The notes under the pieces are model-generated. The model was not told where the DNA came from. It saw only the letters and a list, made by a program, of their open reading frames with translations, and made no database searches. Positions 39,091 through 48,444 of a stretch of DNA of 64,000 bases are shown one piece after another (the first letter of the stretch is position 1; every line of letters starts with the position of its first letter). Origin of the DNA: Ilumatobacteraceae bacterium (GTDB lineage Bacteria > Actinomycetota > Acidimicrobiia > Acidimicrobiales > Ilumatobacteraceae); NCBI GenBank assembly GCA_049433365.1, contig JBMTET010000005.1, positions 1,108 through 65,107 on the forward strand, in the 5' to 3' direction. The position numbers and the translations under genes are program-made.

Positions 39091-40209
39091 CTACACCCGA
39101 CGGAAGATTTTTTGGTGGGAGATGGCCCACGTGCGGTCATCGTGCACGGCATCGAGGAAGCGTTCGGCACTGCGACCGTCACCGAACATCGTCGACGGCT
39201 GCCGTACGAGTGACCGGGCATGGGTGATACCGGAGGCGATCGCGGATGCATCGGCAGCGACATCGACGATGAGCGGGGAAGTGTTGCGACCGCGCTGCCG
39301 CGTGCCGACGTTGACGGCAGGCGTGCCGTAGACACCGGCCTCGCGCACGCCCGAACTCGAATTGCCGACGATGTAGCGCGCGTGCTTCAGCAGAGTTTGG
39401 AAGTACTCGAAGCGGATCGACGGGATGACGCGATACCGAGCCCTGCCGCGCAGGGACTCAATTCGCCGGAGAATTTCGGCACTTCCGGCATCGTTGTTGG
39501 GATACACGGCAACGAAGTTGTCGCCCGACGCATCGGTGGCGGCCAGCAACTCGCCGACTTGGCGACCCATGTCGTCGACCTCGGTCGTCACGGGATGGAA
39601 TGCGAGAAGTGCGTACTCGGCGAACGGGATTTCGTAATAACGAAGGACCTCGTCGAGCGGCGGAAGATCGGCGCCGAGCATCACGTCGACCTCGGGCGAC
39701 CCGATAACGAAGATGCTGCTCGGTTGCTCGCCGAGTTGGAGCAATACGTCGCGGGCGGCATCGTTGGCAACGAAGTGCACGTGGGAAAGCTTCGACACGG
39801 CGTGCCGCATGAGCTCGTCGACGGTTCCGGAGAATTCGCCGCCTTCGACGTGCCCGACGAGAACGTTGTTCAGCGCACCTACGATGGCGCCGGCCAAAGC
39901 TTCGACGCGATCGCCGTGCACGACGATCATGTCGGGCTTCCACTCGCGCACGATCGTGCCGAGGCCCTCGACCGTGCGGGCGAGAATCGTGTCCATCGGT
40001 GATCCGTCGGCGTCATTGCCGAACGTGCGCACGTTGGTGAAACCGGCCCGGGTGATTTCAATTTCGGTGCGCCCGTAGCGGTCGATGAGGTGCATCCCCG
40101 TGGCGACGATGAGATGCTTGACGTCGGGTGCCGTGGAGACGGCGCGCAGGAGCGGTTTGAGTTTGCCGAATTCCGCGCGAGTGGCGGTGAGAAACAGGAG
40201 GCGCTTCAC
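39091..40209 (-). CDS. neuC: UDP-N-acetylglucosamine 2-epimerase (hydrolysing type)
   Basis: TATRAEFGKLKPL, VHGDRVEALAGAI, HVEGGEFSGTVDE. GTG 40209 overlaps the neuB stop. Confidence 0.85.
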   Translation of the reverse strand: MKRLLFLTATRAEFGKLKPLLRAVSTAPDVKHLIVATGMHLIDRYGRTEIEITRAGFTNVRTFGNDADGSPMDTILARTVEGLGTIVREWKPDMIVVHGDRVEALAGAIVGALNNVLVGHVEGGEFSGTVDELMRHAVSKLSHVHFVANDAARDVLLQLGEQPSSIFVIGSPEVDVMLGADLPPLDEVLRYYEIPFAEYALLAFHPVTTEVDDMGRQVGELLAATDASGDNFVAVYPNNDAGSAEILRRIESLRGRARYRVIPSIRFEYFQTLLKHARYIVGNSSSGVREAGVYGTPAVNVGTRQRGRNTSPLIVDVAADASAIASGITHARSLVRQPSTMFGDGRSAERFLDAVHDDRTWAISHQKIFRRV

Positions 40210-41246
40210 TCGCCGATGTGATCCCGGCGCAGCTGCGTGTTGCGCGCAATCCGCGTGGTAGCGCGCTTGCCGAGCACGTGGGGGAAGTCGACGGCAAGCA
40301 ACTCGCCCGTACCCGGACGCTTCACCCACACGTTCGAGTAGTCGAAGCGCTCACCCGGTTCGATGTCGCGAATCGACACGACGGACGCATAAGCAAAATC
40401 GATGGTGGGCTGCTCCTCGGGCAGAATCGACTTGCTGCCACCACTCGCCGAATGCACGGCCCGGCTCGCCTGCACGAGTTCGGCAAGGTCGCCGGGATCC
40501 ATCGACACCTCGATGTCGGGCCCGGGCCAGGTGCGGTCGGACGTGAAATGACGCTCGAGGATCGACGCACCAAGGGCAACCGACGCGATGCACGTCCAGT
40601 TGGTGAGCGTGTGATCGCTCAATCCGAGAACCGCGTCGGAGAACGCGCGGCGCAGTTCGGCAATCGCCCCCAGTCGCACCTTGTCGTACGGGGTCGGGTA
40701 CATCGACGTGACGTGCAGGAGCGCATACGGCACGTTGTGGCGCCGGAAGATGTCGACGGACGGGGCAATCGACGCGACGTCGTTCATCCCGGTGCTCATG
40801 ATGACCGGCTTGCCGTACTTGGCGATGTGTTCCACGAGCGGATAGTTGTTGCACTCGCCGGAGCCGATCTTGTACGCGGCAACGTCCATCGACTCGAGTC
40901 GCTCGGCTGCGGCACGCGAAAAGGGCGTCGACAGAAAGATGAGCCCCTTGGACTCGACGTAATGCTTGACGGTGCGTTCCTCGTCTTCCGACAGTGCGCA
41001 GCGTTCCATGATGTCCCAAATCGATTCGCTGGCGTTGCCGGGAATGACGTCGTTGGGAATCATTTCGTCGTCGATGACGTGCGATTGGAACTTCACGCAC
41101 TCGCATCCCGCAGCCGCGGCGTCGTCAACCATGCGCAACGCCTTGGCGATGTCACCTTCGTGGTTGATGCCGATTTCGGCAATGACGAGGGGAGGATGGT
41201 CAGGGCCGACGAGACGACCGGAAATGTTCAATTCGGGCACGGACAT
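40206..41246 (-). CDS. neuB: N-acetylneuraminate/NulO synthase (PEP-dependent), with SAF domain
   Basis: PLVIAEIGINHEGD, KFQSH, LSDHT, and C-terminal ASVVSIRDIEPGERF...KRPGTG. ATG 41246 shares 1 nt with the upstream stop. Confidence 0.9.
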   Translation of the reverse strand: MSVPELNISGRLVGPDHPPLVIAEIGINHEGDIAKALRMVDDAAAAGCECVKFQSHVIDDEMIPNDVIPGNASESIWDIMERCALSEDEERTVKHYVESKGLIFLSTPFSRAAAERLESMDVAAYKIGSGECNNYPLVEHIAKYGKPVIMSTGMNDVASIAPSVDIFRRHNVPYALLHVTSMYPTPYDKVRLGAIAELRRAFSDAVLGLSDHTLTNWTCIASVALGASILERHFTSDRTWPGPDIEVSMDPGDLAELVQASRAVHSASGGSKSILPEEQPTIDFAYASVVSIRDIEPGERFDYSNVWVKRPGTGELLAVDFPHVLGKRATTRIARNTQLRRDHIGE

Positions 41247-41743
41247 CACCTTACGGAACCGCTTCGGGCGGCGATGAGAGCGTCGGCGAACTCGCGAATC
41301 GCGCCTCGCCCACCGGGCTTCGTGAGCACCATGTCGGCAACTGCGATTGCGGTCGGATGCGAATCGGCCGGCACCACCGCAAGCCCGGCGTGTCGCAGGC
41401 ACTCGACGTCGTTGACGTCGTTTCCCATGTAGGCGCACTCGCCGGCATCGACCCCTTTCTTCGTCAGCCACTGCCGGAAAATCGGCAGTTTGTCGTCGAT
41501 GCCCTGGTGCACTTCGAGCGACAACTTGCGCGCCCGGGCCGACACGACGGGATTCGGTTCCTTCGAAATGATGACGAGATGAATCCCGGCGGAGCGGAGA
41601 AACTCGATTGCCATGCCGTCACTGCGGTCGCAGAACACGAACTCTTCACCGGACTGCGAGACGAGCACGCGGTTGTCGGTGAACACGCCGTCAAAGTCGA
41701 AGACAACGGCACGGATTCCGGCAAGCGAAGCCGCGGACGTCAT
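41246..41743 (-). CDS. HAD-IIIA phosphatase of the KdsC (Kdo-8-P / Kdn-9-P phosphatase) family
   Basis: VVFDFDGVFTDN (DxD nucleophile motif), GMAIEFLRSAGI, YMGNDVNDVECL. Confidence 0.8.
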   Translation of the reverse strand: MTSAASLAGIRAVVFDFDGVFTDNRVLVSQSGEEFVFCDRSDGMAIEFLRSAGIHLVIISKEPNPVVSARARKLSLEVHQGIDDKLPIFRQWLTKKGVDAGECAYMGNDVNDVECLRHAGLAVVPADSHPTAIAVADMVLTKPGGRGAIREFADALIAARSGSVR

Positions 41744-42018
41744 CGCAGCAACCCCGATACCGCGCCTGTGAGAGTGGCGAGGGCCACGACGATTCCCAGC
41801 CCCACAGCGGTTCCGCCGATCGCGCACATTCCGAGCAACGTACCCAAGGCGCGAACACGGTTGGGGCGTTCGGCGGTGATTCGACCCTGCGCTACGGCAA
41901 CGGGCAGCGGACGAGTCCCGATGAGCGAGGATGCCCGTCGTGACGACGTACCACGCAGGCGATACGAAAAGACGAGTGCTCCGAGGGTGAGCACCGTGAC
42001 GATGAGGGCGCGGGCCAT
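41740..42018 (-). CDS. Small membrane protein, first ORF of the glycan operon
   Basis: 92 aa with two hydrophobic segments. Its stop overlaps the phosphatase ATG (ATGA). Coding status rests mainly on this coupling. Confidence 0.4.
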   Translation of the reverse strand: MARALIVTVLTLGALVFSYRLRGTSSRRASSLIGTRPLPVAVAQGRITAERPNRVRALGTLLGMCAIGGTAVGLGIVVALATLTGAVSGLLR

Positions 42019-42041
42019 AGCGTGAGAAGCGGTTTCATCCG

Positions 42042-43178
42042 ATGACGGAAACAGCACTTCACAGCGTACCGCCGCTACCGCCGCCCGATGAGCGGTGGCG
42101 CGAGCGCATTGTCGTGCGGCGATTGTTGTGGTCGCTGCCACTGTTCACGCTTGCGTGGTTGGTGATGCTCACGATGATCGTGGCCGGCTTGTGGAGCGTA
42201 CGTCTATGGGAGATCGCACCGGGCACGGCCGAACCGGTTGCGCCACGGATGTCGTTCGACGCCGATGCCCGCAAGTTCGTCACCGTTGATGACACCGACG
42301 ACGACGTTCTCTTCGTCACGGCGTTCGGTAGCCGCCTGACGGCCCTGCAAGCGGCGATGGGATGGTGGGACCCCGACGTCGATGTGCTCACGTTCGAGGA
42401 GCGTTTCGGTGATTCGACACCTGCACGGCAGCGGGTGGTGAATGCCCAGGCGATGGTGAGCTCGCGCCAAATCGCGGAGTACGTTGCATTCACCCGGCTC
42501 GGGTTGCCGACGTCGATCACGGCCGGAGCGATCGTCGTTGAAGACGTCGTGTGCCGTGGCGGCGACGATCCGCAAAGTGCGTGCAAGGTGCTCGCTCCCG
42601 GTGACACGTTGCTGGCGCTCGACGGCACACCCATCTCGACGCTCGCGGATCTTTCGCGACTCATCGCCGGGTACCGTCCCGGTGACGTCGTCGTGCTCGA
42701 CGTCATTCCCCACCGTGAATCTGGGGAGGTGCAGCGCCGTGTGCGCCTCATCGCCGATCCCGACGACGCCGATCGCACTCTCATCGGCATTTGGCCGGCC
42801 GATACACGGCGCGTGGAAACACCGTTCACGGTGACGATCGACACCGACGACATCGGTGGCCCGTCGGCGGGTCTCGCCTTCACGTTGGCGTTACTCGATG
42901 CACTGTCACCCGGGGATCTCTCGGGTGCCGAGCGCATCGCGGCAACCGGCACGATCGACGTCGACGAAAACATCGGGGCCGTTGGTGCAATTCGCCAGAA
43001 AGCAGTTGCCGCCCGCGCCGCCGGAGCAACGCTGTTTCTCGTTCCCGCGGCGCAAAGCGAAGCAGACGTTGCCCGGGCACGGGCAATCGGCGGCGCGAAG
43101 ATGCGCGTGGTCACCGTGGCGACGCTGCAGGACGCACTCGACGAACTCGCTGCAAACGGCGGTGACTCGTTCCTGTAG
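42042..43178 (+). CDS. PDZ-domain protein with Lon-protease-like (S16) C-terminal domain (YlbL-like)
   Basis: N-terminal TM segment, a PDZ region, and IGGPSAGLAFTLALLDAL...ATGTIDVDENIGAVGAIRQK. Confidence 0.8.
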   Translation: MTETALHSVPPLPPPDERWRERIVVRRLLWSLPLFTLAWLVMLTMIVAGLWSVRLWEIAPGTAEPVAPRMSFDADARKFVTVDDTDDDVLFVTAFGSRLTALQAAMGWWDPDVDVLTFEERFGDSTPARQRVVNAQAMVSSRQIAEYVAFTRLGLPTSITAGAIVVEDVVCRGGDDPQSACKVLAPGDTLLALDGTPISTLADLSRLIAGYRPGDVVVLDVIPHRESGEVQRRVRLIADPDDADRTLIGIWPADTRRVETPFTVTIDTDDIGGPSAGLAFTLALLDALSPGDLSGAERIAATGTIDVDENIGAVGAIRQKAVAARAAGATLFLVPAAQSEADVARARAIGGAKMRVVTVATLQDALDELAANGGDSFL

Positions 43179-43217
43179 TCCACGAATTCGGCGGTAAATC
43201 GCCGTACTCTTGGTGCG

Positions 43218-45470
43218 ATGGCGCTCAATTTCTCACGCCCCGATCCCTCGTCGCCGGCGGCGGTGGGTGCGGCACAATTCAGCGTCTCACGGCGGGGATA
43301 CGACCAGGAAGAGGTGCGCGACTTTCTGCGCATGGTCTCGGCCGAATTGGCGCGACTGCAGGAGCGCGAGCGGTTCCTCGAGAGCGAGATGCGCGCGATG
43401 CAAACCCGCGGCTTGTCCGATCCGGGTGTGCTCGACGAAGCAACCGTCACCCAGCTGCTCGGCGCCGAGGCGGCCCGAGTGCTTGCCGCTGCCCGGGAAG
43501 CATCCGAGTCGATGCGCCAACGGGCTGCCGAATCCGCTGAACAGCTCATTCGCGAGGCCAGCCACGAGGCGTCGCGGGTCATCGACGAGGCCCAGGTGGA
43601 AGCCGCCCGTCGACGCGCCGATTTGGCCGGTGAAGTCGAGGCGGAAATCGAGTTGGCAAAACAACAGGGTCGCGAAATGGTGGCCGAGGTACGTGCCTAC
43701 CGAGAGAAAGTGCTCGCCGACTTGGCCCGCCGCACCGAAGAGGCGCGTCGCGAACTCGAGCGCCTCGTGGTCGAACGTGAACGGGTGCTCGGAGCCTTCG
43801 AGCGTGCACGGTTGGCGGCAAGTGACGTTGTCGGCGAACTCGTTGAGGGCGATGCAACGTTGCACGAGGTCGGCGTTGCGCCGCCGCTCATCGGCGCCGA
43901 CGCTCCGCCTCCGCCGGTGCAGAGTCGTGCGACGACGGTTCCGTTCTTTGATCGCGAAAAGTTCCCCGACGGCGGCGAAGACGCGATGTCGCATTCGGAG
44001 ATGCCGTACTCGTCGTCGCGGTCGCTCGCCGACGAGCCGGTTGCATCGGCGCCGGCGCACGAGGATGATCCGTCGCGCACCGTTGCCACGCAGTCGGGCA
44101 CCCCGGCAGCAGCAGACGATGTCATGGCGGATTCCGGCACGGTCGCACATGAAACGGTCGCGGGTGGCGAACCGCCGGCTCAGCCGGTCGGAGTTAGCGG
44201 GTCGGTTGTTGACGTGCCGGGAGAGTCGACGACAACCGAGTCGGAAGCAACGGACTCGGCAACAACTCCCACCAACTCATCGGAGACGCCAACTCACACG
44301 ACGGTGACACCGATTTCGCCAACGCAGAGTTCGACAACTTCCGCAGCCCCGCCAAGCACGTCGGGGTCGACCGACGCACCACGTGAGCATGTCGCCGAAG
44401 TGGTGCAGTTGTTTGCCCGCCGCGACGCGGGCACCGCGGACCGCGGCACGCCACTGCACCCGGTGTTCGAGCGTGTCGAGCCCACCGCGGCCGAAACCCG
44501 GGATGACGCCGAGCAACGCGACGATGCGACGACACCGTCGAGTGCCGCACCGAAAGGTGTCGATGAACTTTTTGCCCGGTTGCGCGCATCGTCTCCCGAC
44601 AAGGTGGCCGCCACGGCAAAGCGCTCTGCACCCCGGTCACCATCGGCAAAGAGTTCGGCACCGGAACAAGAGTCGAAGAACCGCGGCCCGAAGAGCGACA
44701 AGAAAAAGGGTGATCATCGACAGACCGACGTCGATAACCCCGCAGTCGTTGCGGAAGCATTGGTGACACCGGCCGGTGTCGGGCCCGTGAGTGTCGACAC
44801 GTCGGTGTTTGCGGCGCGCGAGGCCGCATTGACCCCGCTCATCGATGCAATGACGCGCAAGTTGAAGCGATCACTCGCCGACGAAGAGAACGCGGTCCTC
44901 ACACACCTCGAAGGCAAGCGCGCAGCGACGGCGATCGATGCGATGCTGCCCGGTGCCGATGTGCACCTGCAGCAGTGGGTCGAATCGGTCACCGAGGAAC
45001 TCGTCAGTGCTGCACTCGCGGGAGCAAAGGCATTCAACAAGGGCTTGCGTGCCGATCTGCGCAAGAAGGTGGGTGACGCCGCAGTGATGTCCGTCCTTGC
45101 ATCGCGGATCAACGACGAACTCGTGCGTCCGCTGCGCGAACGGCTGCAGCATGCCAGTGAGCAGTGTGCCGGTGATCGCGCGGACATGTCATCGCGGGCA
45201 CGATCGGTGTACCGCGAATGGAAGATGCAGCGCATCGACGTCGTGACGGCCGATCTTGCACGCTTGGCGTATGCACGCGGAATCGTTCTCACCACGGCAC
45301 ACAACGTGAAATTGTGCTGGGCGGTCGATCCGAACGGGCCGCCGTGCGCCGATGCCGAGGACAATTCGTTGGCCGGTGCCGTGCCGTGTGGCGAGCAGTT
45401 TCCGACGGGACATGAGCATCCGATCGTGCATTCGGGATGTCGGTGCCTAGTCGTGCCCGTCCAGCAGTAG
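43218..45470 (+). CDS. DivIVA-domain protein with long low-complexity linker and Mu F/SPP1 gp7-like C-terminal motif
   Basis: N-terminus FSVSRRGYDQEEVRDFLRMVSAELARLQ (DivIVA). S/T/P/A-rich middle. C-terminus ...CADAEDNSLAGAVPCGEQFPTGHEHPIVHSGCRCLVVP. Confidence 0.8.
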   Translation: MALNFSRPDPSSPAAVGAAQFSVSRRGYDQEEVRDFLRMVSAELARLQERERFLESEMRAMQTRGLSDPGVLDEATVTQLLGAEAARVLAAAREASESMRQRAAESAEQLIREASHEASRVIDEAQVEAARRRADLAGEVEAEIELAKQQGREMVAEVRAYREKVLADLARRTEEARRELERLVVERERVLGAFERARLAASDVVGELVEGDATLHEVGVAPPLIGADAPPPPVQSRATTVPFFDREKFPDGGEDAMSHSEMPYSSSRSLADEPVASAPAHEDDPSRTVATQSGTPAAADDVMADSGTVAHETVAGGEPPAQPVGVSGSVVDVPGESTTTESEATDSATTPTNSSETPTHTTVTPISPTQSSTTSAAPPSTSGSTDAPREHVAEVVQLFARRDAGTADRGTPLHPVFERVEPTAAETRDDAEQRDDATTPSSAAPKGVDELFARLRASSPDKVAATAKRSAPRSPSAKSSAPEQESKNRGPKSDKKKGDHRQTDVDNPAVVAEALVTPAGVGPVSVDTSVFAAREAALTPLIDAMTRKLKRSLADEENAVLTHLEGKRAATAIDAMLPGADVHLQQWVESVTEELVSAALAGAKAFNKGLRADLRKKVGDAAVMSVLASRINDELVRPLRERLQHASEQCAGDRADMSSRARSVYREWKMQRIDVVTADLARLAYARGIVLTTAHNVKLCWAVDPNGPPCADAEDNSLAGAVPCGEQFPTGHEHPIVHSGCRCLVVPVQQ

Positions 45471-45480
45471 TCTCAGCCGC

Positions 45481-48444
45481 GTGCGGATACCCGGAGATAT
45501 CCCGCGCGGACCGTCGTTCCCCCGCGGTGGAGGGTTCACGCTTCGGCGCCCTCGTCGCAGCCGCATCGTGCTGTCGGTCATTCTTCTCGCGATCGTGGGT
45601 GTCGTCGTGTCGGCGCGCAGCATCGCCGGCTTCTACATCGACCTTCTTTGGCACACTTCGCTGGACCGCACCGACATTTTCTGGGGTGTCATTCTCAACC
45701 GGGTGGGGCTGAGCGCAGCATTCATTGCAGCATTCGCCGCGGTGCTCATCGTCAACCTGGCGATCGCCGATCGATTCCGTCCCGAGCAGGTGCCGATGAC
45801 GATCGAGGAGCGGGCACTGGCCGGCTACCGGTCACTCACCGGTGCCCGGCGTTGGCTGCTGCGACTGCTCGTCGCCGTGCTGCTCGGATTCATGGTCGGT
45901 TCGCCGGCGGCGACTCAGTGGCAGGAATGGTTGCTGTACCGCAACGCTTCGACTTTCGGCGAGACGGACCCGCTGTTCAACCGGGACGTCTCGTTCTACG
46001 TGATGCAACTGCCGTTCATCGAGTTCGTCGTGAACTGGGGATTTGCCGCGCTCGTTCTCGTCACGCTGGTGACTTTTGCGGCGCACTATCTCAACGGCGG
46101 GATCCGTTTGCAGGCCCAGGGTCGGCGCGTCACCGTTGCGGCAAAGGCACACCTGTCGATTTTGTTTGCGCTGCTCTCGCTGCTGCGTGCCGTTGACTAC
46201 TGGTTCTCGCGATTCGACCTCACTCGTTCGACGCGCGGCGTGGTACAGGGCGCCACGTTCACCGACGTCAACGCACAATTGCCGGCAACGAATCTCATGA
46301 TTCTCGTTTCGGTGGCGGTAGCGCTGCTGTTCCTCGCCAGCATCCGCCAGAGGGGTTGGCGACTGCCGATCCTTGCCACGCTGCTGTGGGTCGTCATCGC
46401 CGTCGCTGCCGGTGGCATCTACCCGGCACTCATCCAGCGGTTCCAAGTGCAGCCGAACGTCAGCACGAAGGAGCTGCCGTACATCGGGAGCAACATCGCT
46501 GCGACGAAGGCGGCAATGGGCCTCGACAACATCGTGCGCACGACGATGCCGGTTGAACCACTGACGACCGAGTTGATCACCGCCGATCCCGGGCCGCTAC
46601 GCGACGTTCGCCAACTCGACCCGGTGCAGATGCGGGACCGGTTCACCCTCGACGAGGGGCGAACGTCGTTCTATGCAATTCGCGACCTTGACGTCGATCG
46701 CTACGAAATCGACGGCAGGGTGCAGCAGGTGCTCGTGGCCGCGCGTGAGATCAACACCGCCGGCATCCCGAACCGAACCTGGGTGTCACGCCATCTCTTG
46801 TACACCCATGGTTGCGGACTCATCGCGGCTCCGGCCAGTACGAGCACGGTCGACGGCCGCCCGCTCTACGTCGACCTGCCCGTCGCGCGACCCGAGTTGT
46901 ACTTCGGTGAAGGAATCAACGACTACGCAGTCATTCGTACCCAACAGTCCGAGCAGGCGTGTTCGGCCGATCAGCCAGCCCCGGGCGAGCTCGGCGGTGT
47001 TGCGTTGTCATCCACGGTGCGCCGTGTCGCGTACGCAGTGAGTTACGGCGAGTACAACCTCTTCGGATCGTCGTTGATTCAGCCGAATTCGCTCATTCTC
47101 CACGATCGCAACGTCGTCGATCGGGTGCGCAAGCTCGCCCCGTTCCTGCGATTCGACGCCGATCCGTACCCGGTTGCCGTCGAGGGGCGGGTGAAGTGGG
47201 TCGTCGATGCCTACACGCTGAGCGACCGGTACCCGTACTCGCAAACCGCCAACGTCGACCAACTGACACCCGGCAGCGGTTTGTTGGCCTTCTTCAATTA
47301 CGTGCGCAACAGCGTGAAAGCCGTGGTTGATGCCTACGACGGATCGGTGACGATGTACGTCATCGACCGGCAGGATCCGCTCATCGCGTCGTGGAGCAAG
47401 GCGTTTCCCGAGATGTTCACGCCGGTCAGCGAAGCCCCGACGGAACTCGTCGAGCACTTCCGCTACCCGGAGGATCTCTTCCGCGTGCAGACCAACGTGT
47501 ACGGCAGGTACCAGTTCGACGACGCGACGTTGTTCTTCAACCGCGATGCGGCATGGAGCGTTGCACAGGCGCCTCCGACCGAGCCCGAAGCCGTCGGTGG
47601 CGTCGTCGGTAGCACCGGACTCGGCACCAACCAGGCCATTGACGTTCAAGATGCGAACGTGCTGCGTTTCGAGCCGTACTTCACGATGTTCCACGATCCG
47701 CTCGACAAGCAGCCACCGAAGTTCTCAATGCTGCGGCCTTTCGTGCCGTTCTCTGCCGACAATGCGCGAAAAGAGTTGCGGGCATTGATGGTCGCATCGA
47801 GCGACCCCAGGTCGTACGGGCGAATCACCGTGTACGAACTCAACGAGCCGTTGCCCGAAGGCCCGGGAACTGTCGCCGCCGAGTTCGGCAGCAATCCGGT
47901 CGTATCGCAGCAGGTGACGTTGCTCGACCAGCGAGGCTCGCGGGTCATCTTCGGTGATCTGCAGATGATTCCGTTGCAGCGCGGTCTGCTGTACGTACGT
48001 CCGTTGTTCACGCGACCCGACGACGTCACTGCGCGCCAGATTTTCGTGCGCAAGTTCCTCGTGTCGTACGACAACAGGGTCGTCATGGCCGACAGTTTGA
48101 CCGAAGCGATCAGCCGACTCTTCCCCGGTTTCGACACGGACCTCGGCGATCGCACCGATGACGGGAAGGTCGTCGACAACGTTGACGGTGCCACCCCCGA
48201 CGCACCGGCCGACACCGCGCCGTCCGGCGGCACTACACCGACGACCGTTGCAGCTCCACCGGCAACCTTGCCCGTGGATACGAACACTCTCACCGCGCCG
48301 GAGTTGCTGACGCGCGCCGATCAGTTGTTCCGCGAAGCGGACGCAGCGTTGTCGACCACGCCGCCGGATTTCGCCACGTACCAGCAAAAGCTCGCCGAAG
48401 CACAGGCTCTCGTGCGTCGTGCGCTCGAACTGGTCGGTGGCTGA
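45481..48444 (+). CDS. UPF0182-family large membrane protein
   Basis: 987 aa. N-terminal multi-TM region, FYIDLLWH and later conserved blocks typical of actinobacterial UPF0182. Confidence 0.85.
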   Translation: MRIPGDIPRGPSFPRGGGFTLRRPRRSRIVLSVILLAIVGVVVSARSIAGFYIDLLWHTSLDRTDIFWGVILNRVGLSAAFIAAFAAVLIVNLAIADRFRPEQVPMTIEERALAGYRSLTGARRWLLRLLVAVLLGFMVGSPAATQWQEWLLYRNASTFGETDPLFNRDVSFYVMQLPFIEFVVNWGFAALVLVTLVTFAAHYLNGGIRLQAQGRRVTVAAKAHLSILFALLSLLRAVDYWFSRFDLTRSTRGVVQGATFTDVNAQLPATNLMILVSVAVALLFLASIRQRGWRLPILATLLWVVIAVAAGGIYPALIQRFQVQPNVSTKELPYIGSNIAATKAAMGLDNIVRTTMPVEPLTTELITADPGPLRDVRQLDPVQMRDRFTLDEGRTSFYAIRDLDVDRYEIDGRVQQVLVAAREINTAGIPNRTWVSRHLLYTHGCGLIAAPASTSTVDGRPLYVDLPVARPELYFGEGINDYAVIRTQQSEQACSADQPAPGELGGVALSSTVRRVAYAVSYGEYNLFGSSLIQPNSLILHDRNVVDRVRKLAPFLRFDADPYPVAVEGRVKWVVDAYTLSDRYPYSQTANVDQLTPGSGLLAFFNYVRNSVKAVVDAYDGSVTMYVIDRQDPLIASWSKAFPEMFTPVSEAPTELVEHFRYPEDLFRVQTNVYGRYQFDDATLFFNRDAAWSVAQAPPTEPEAVGGVVGSTGLGTNQAIDVQDANVLRFEPYFTMFHDPLDKQPPKFSMLRPFVPFSADNARKELRALMVASSDPRSYGRITVYELNEPLPEGPGTVAAEFGSNPVVSQQVTLLDQRGSRVIFGDLQMIPLQRGLLYVRPLFTRPDDVTARQIFVRKFLVSYDNRVVMADSLTEAISRLFPGFDTDLGDRTDDGKVVDNVDGATPDAPADTAPSGGTTPTTVAAPPATLPVDTNTLTAPELLTRADQLFREADAALSTTPPDFATYQQKLAEAQALVRRALELVGG

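Noticed and set aside
42059-43582. 507-aa minus-strand ORF antisense to the PDZ-Lon gene
   Set aside because: The translation is Ser/Arg/Ala-rich. The plus-strand protein has a clear Lon S16 motif.
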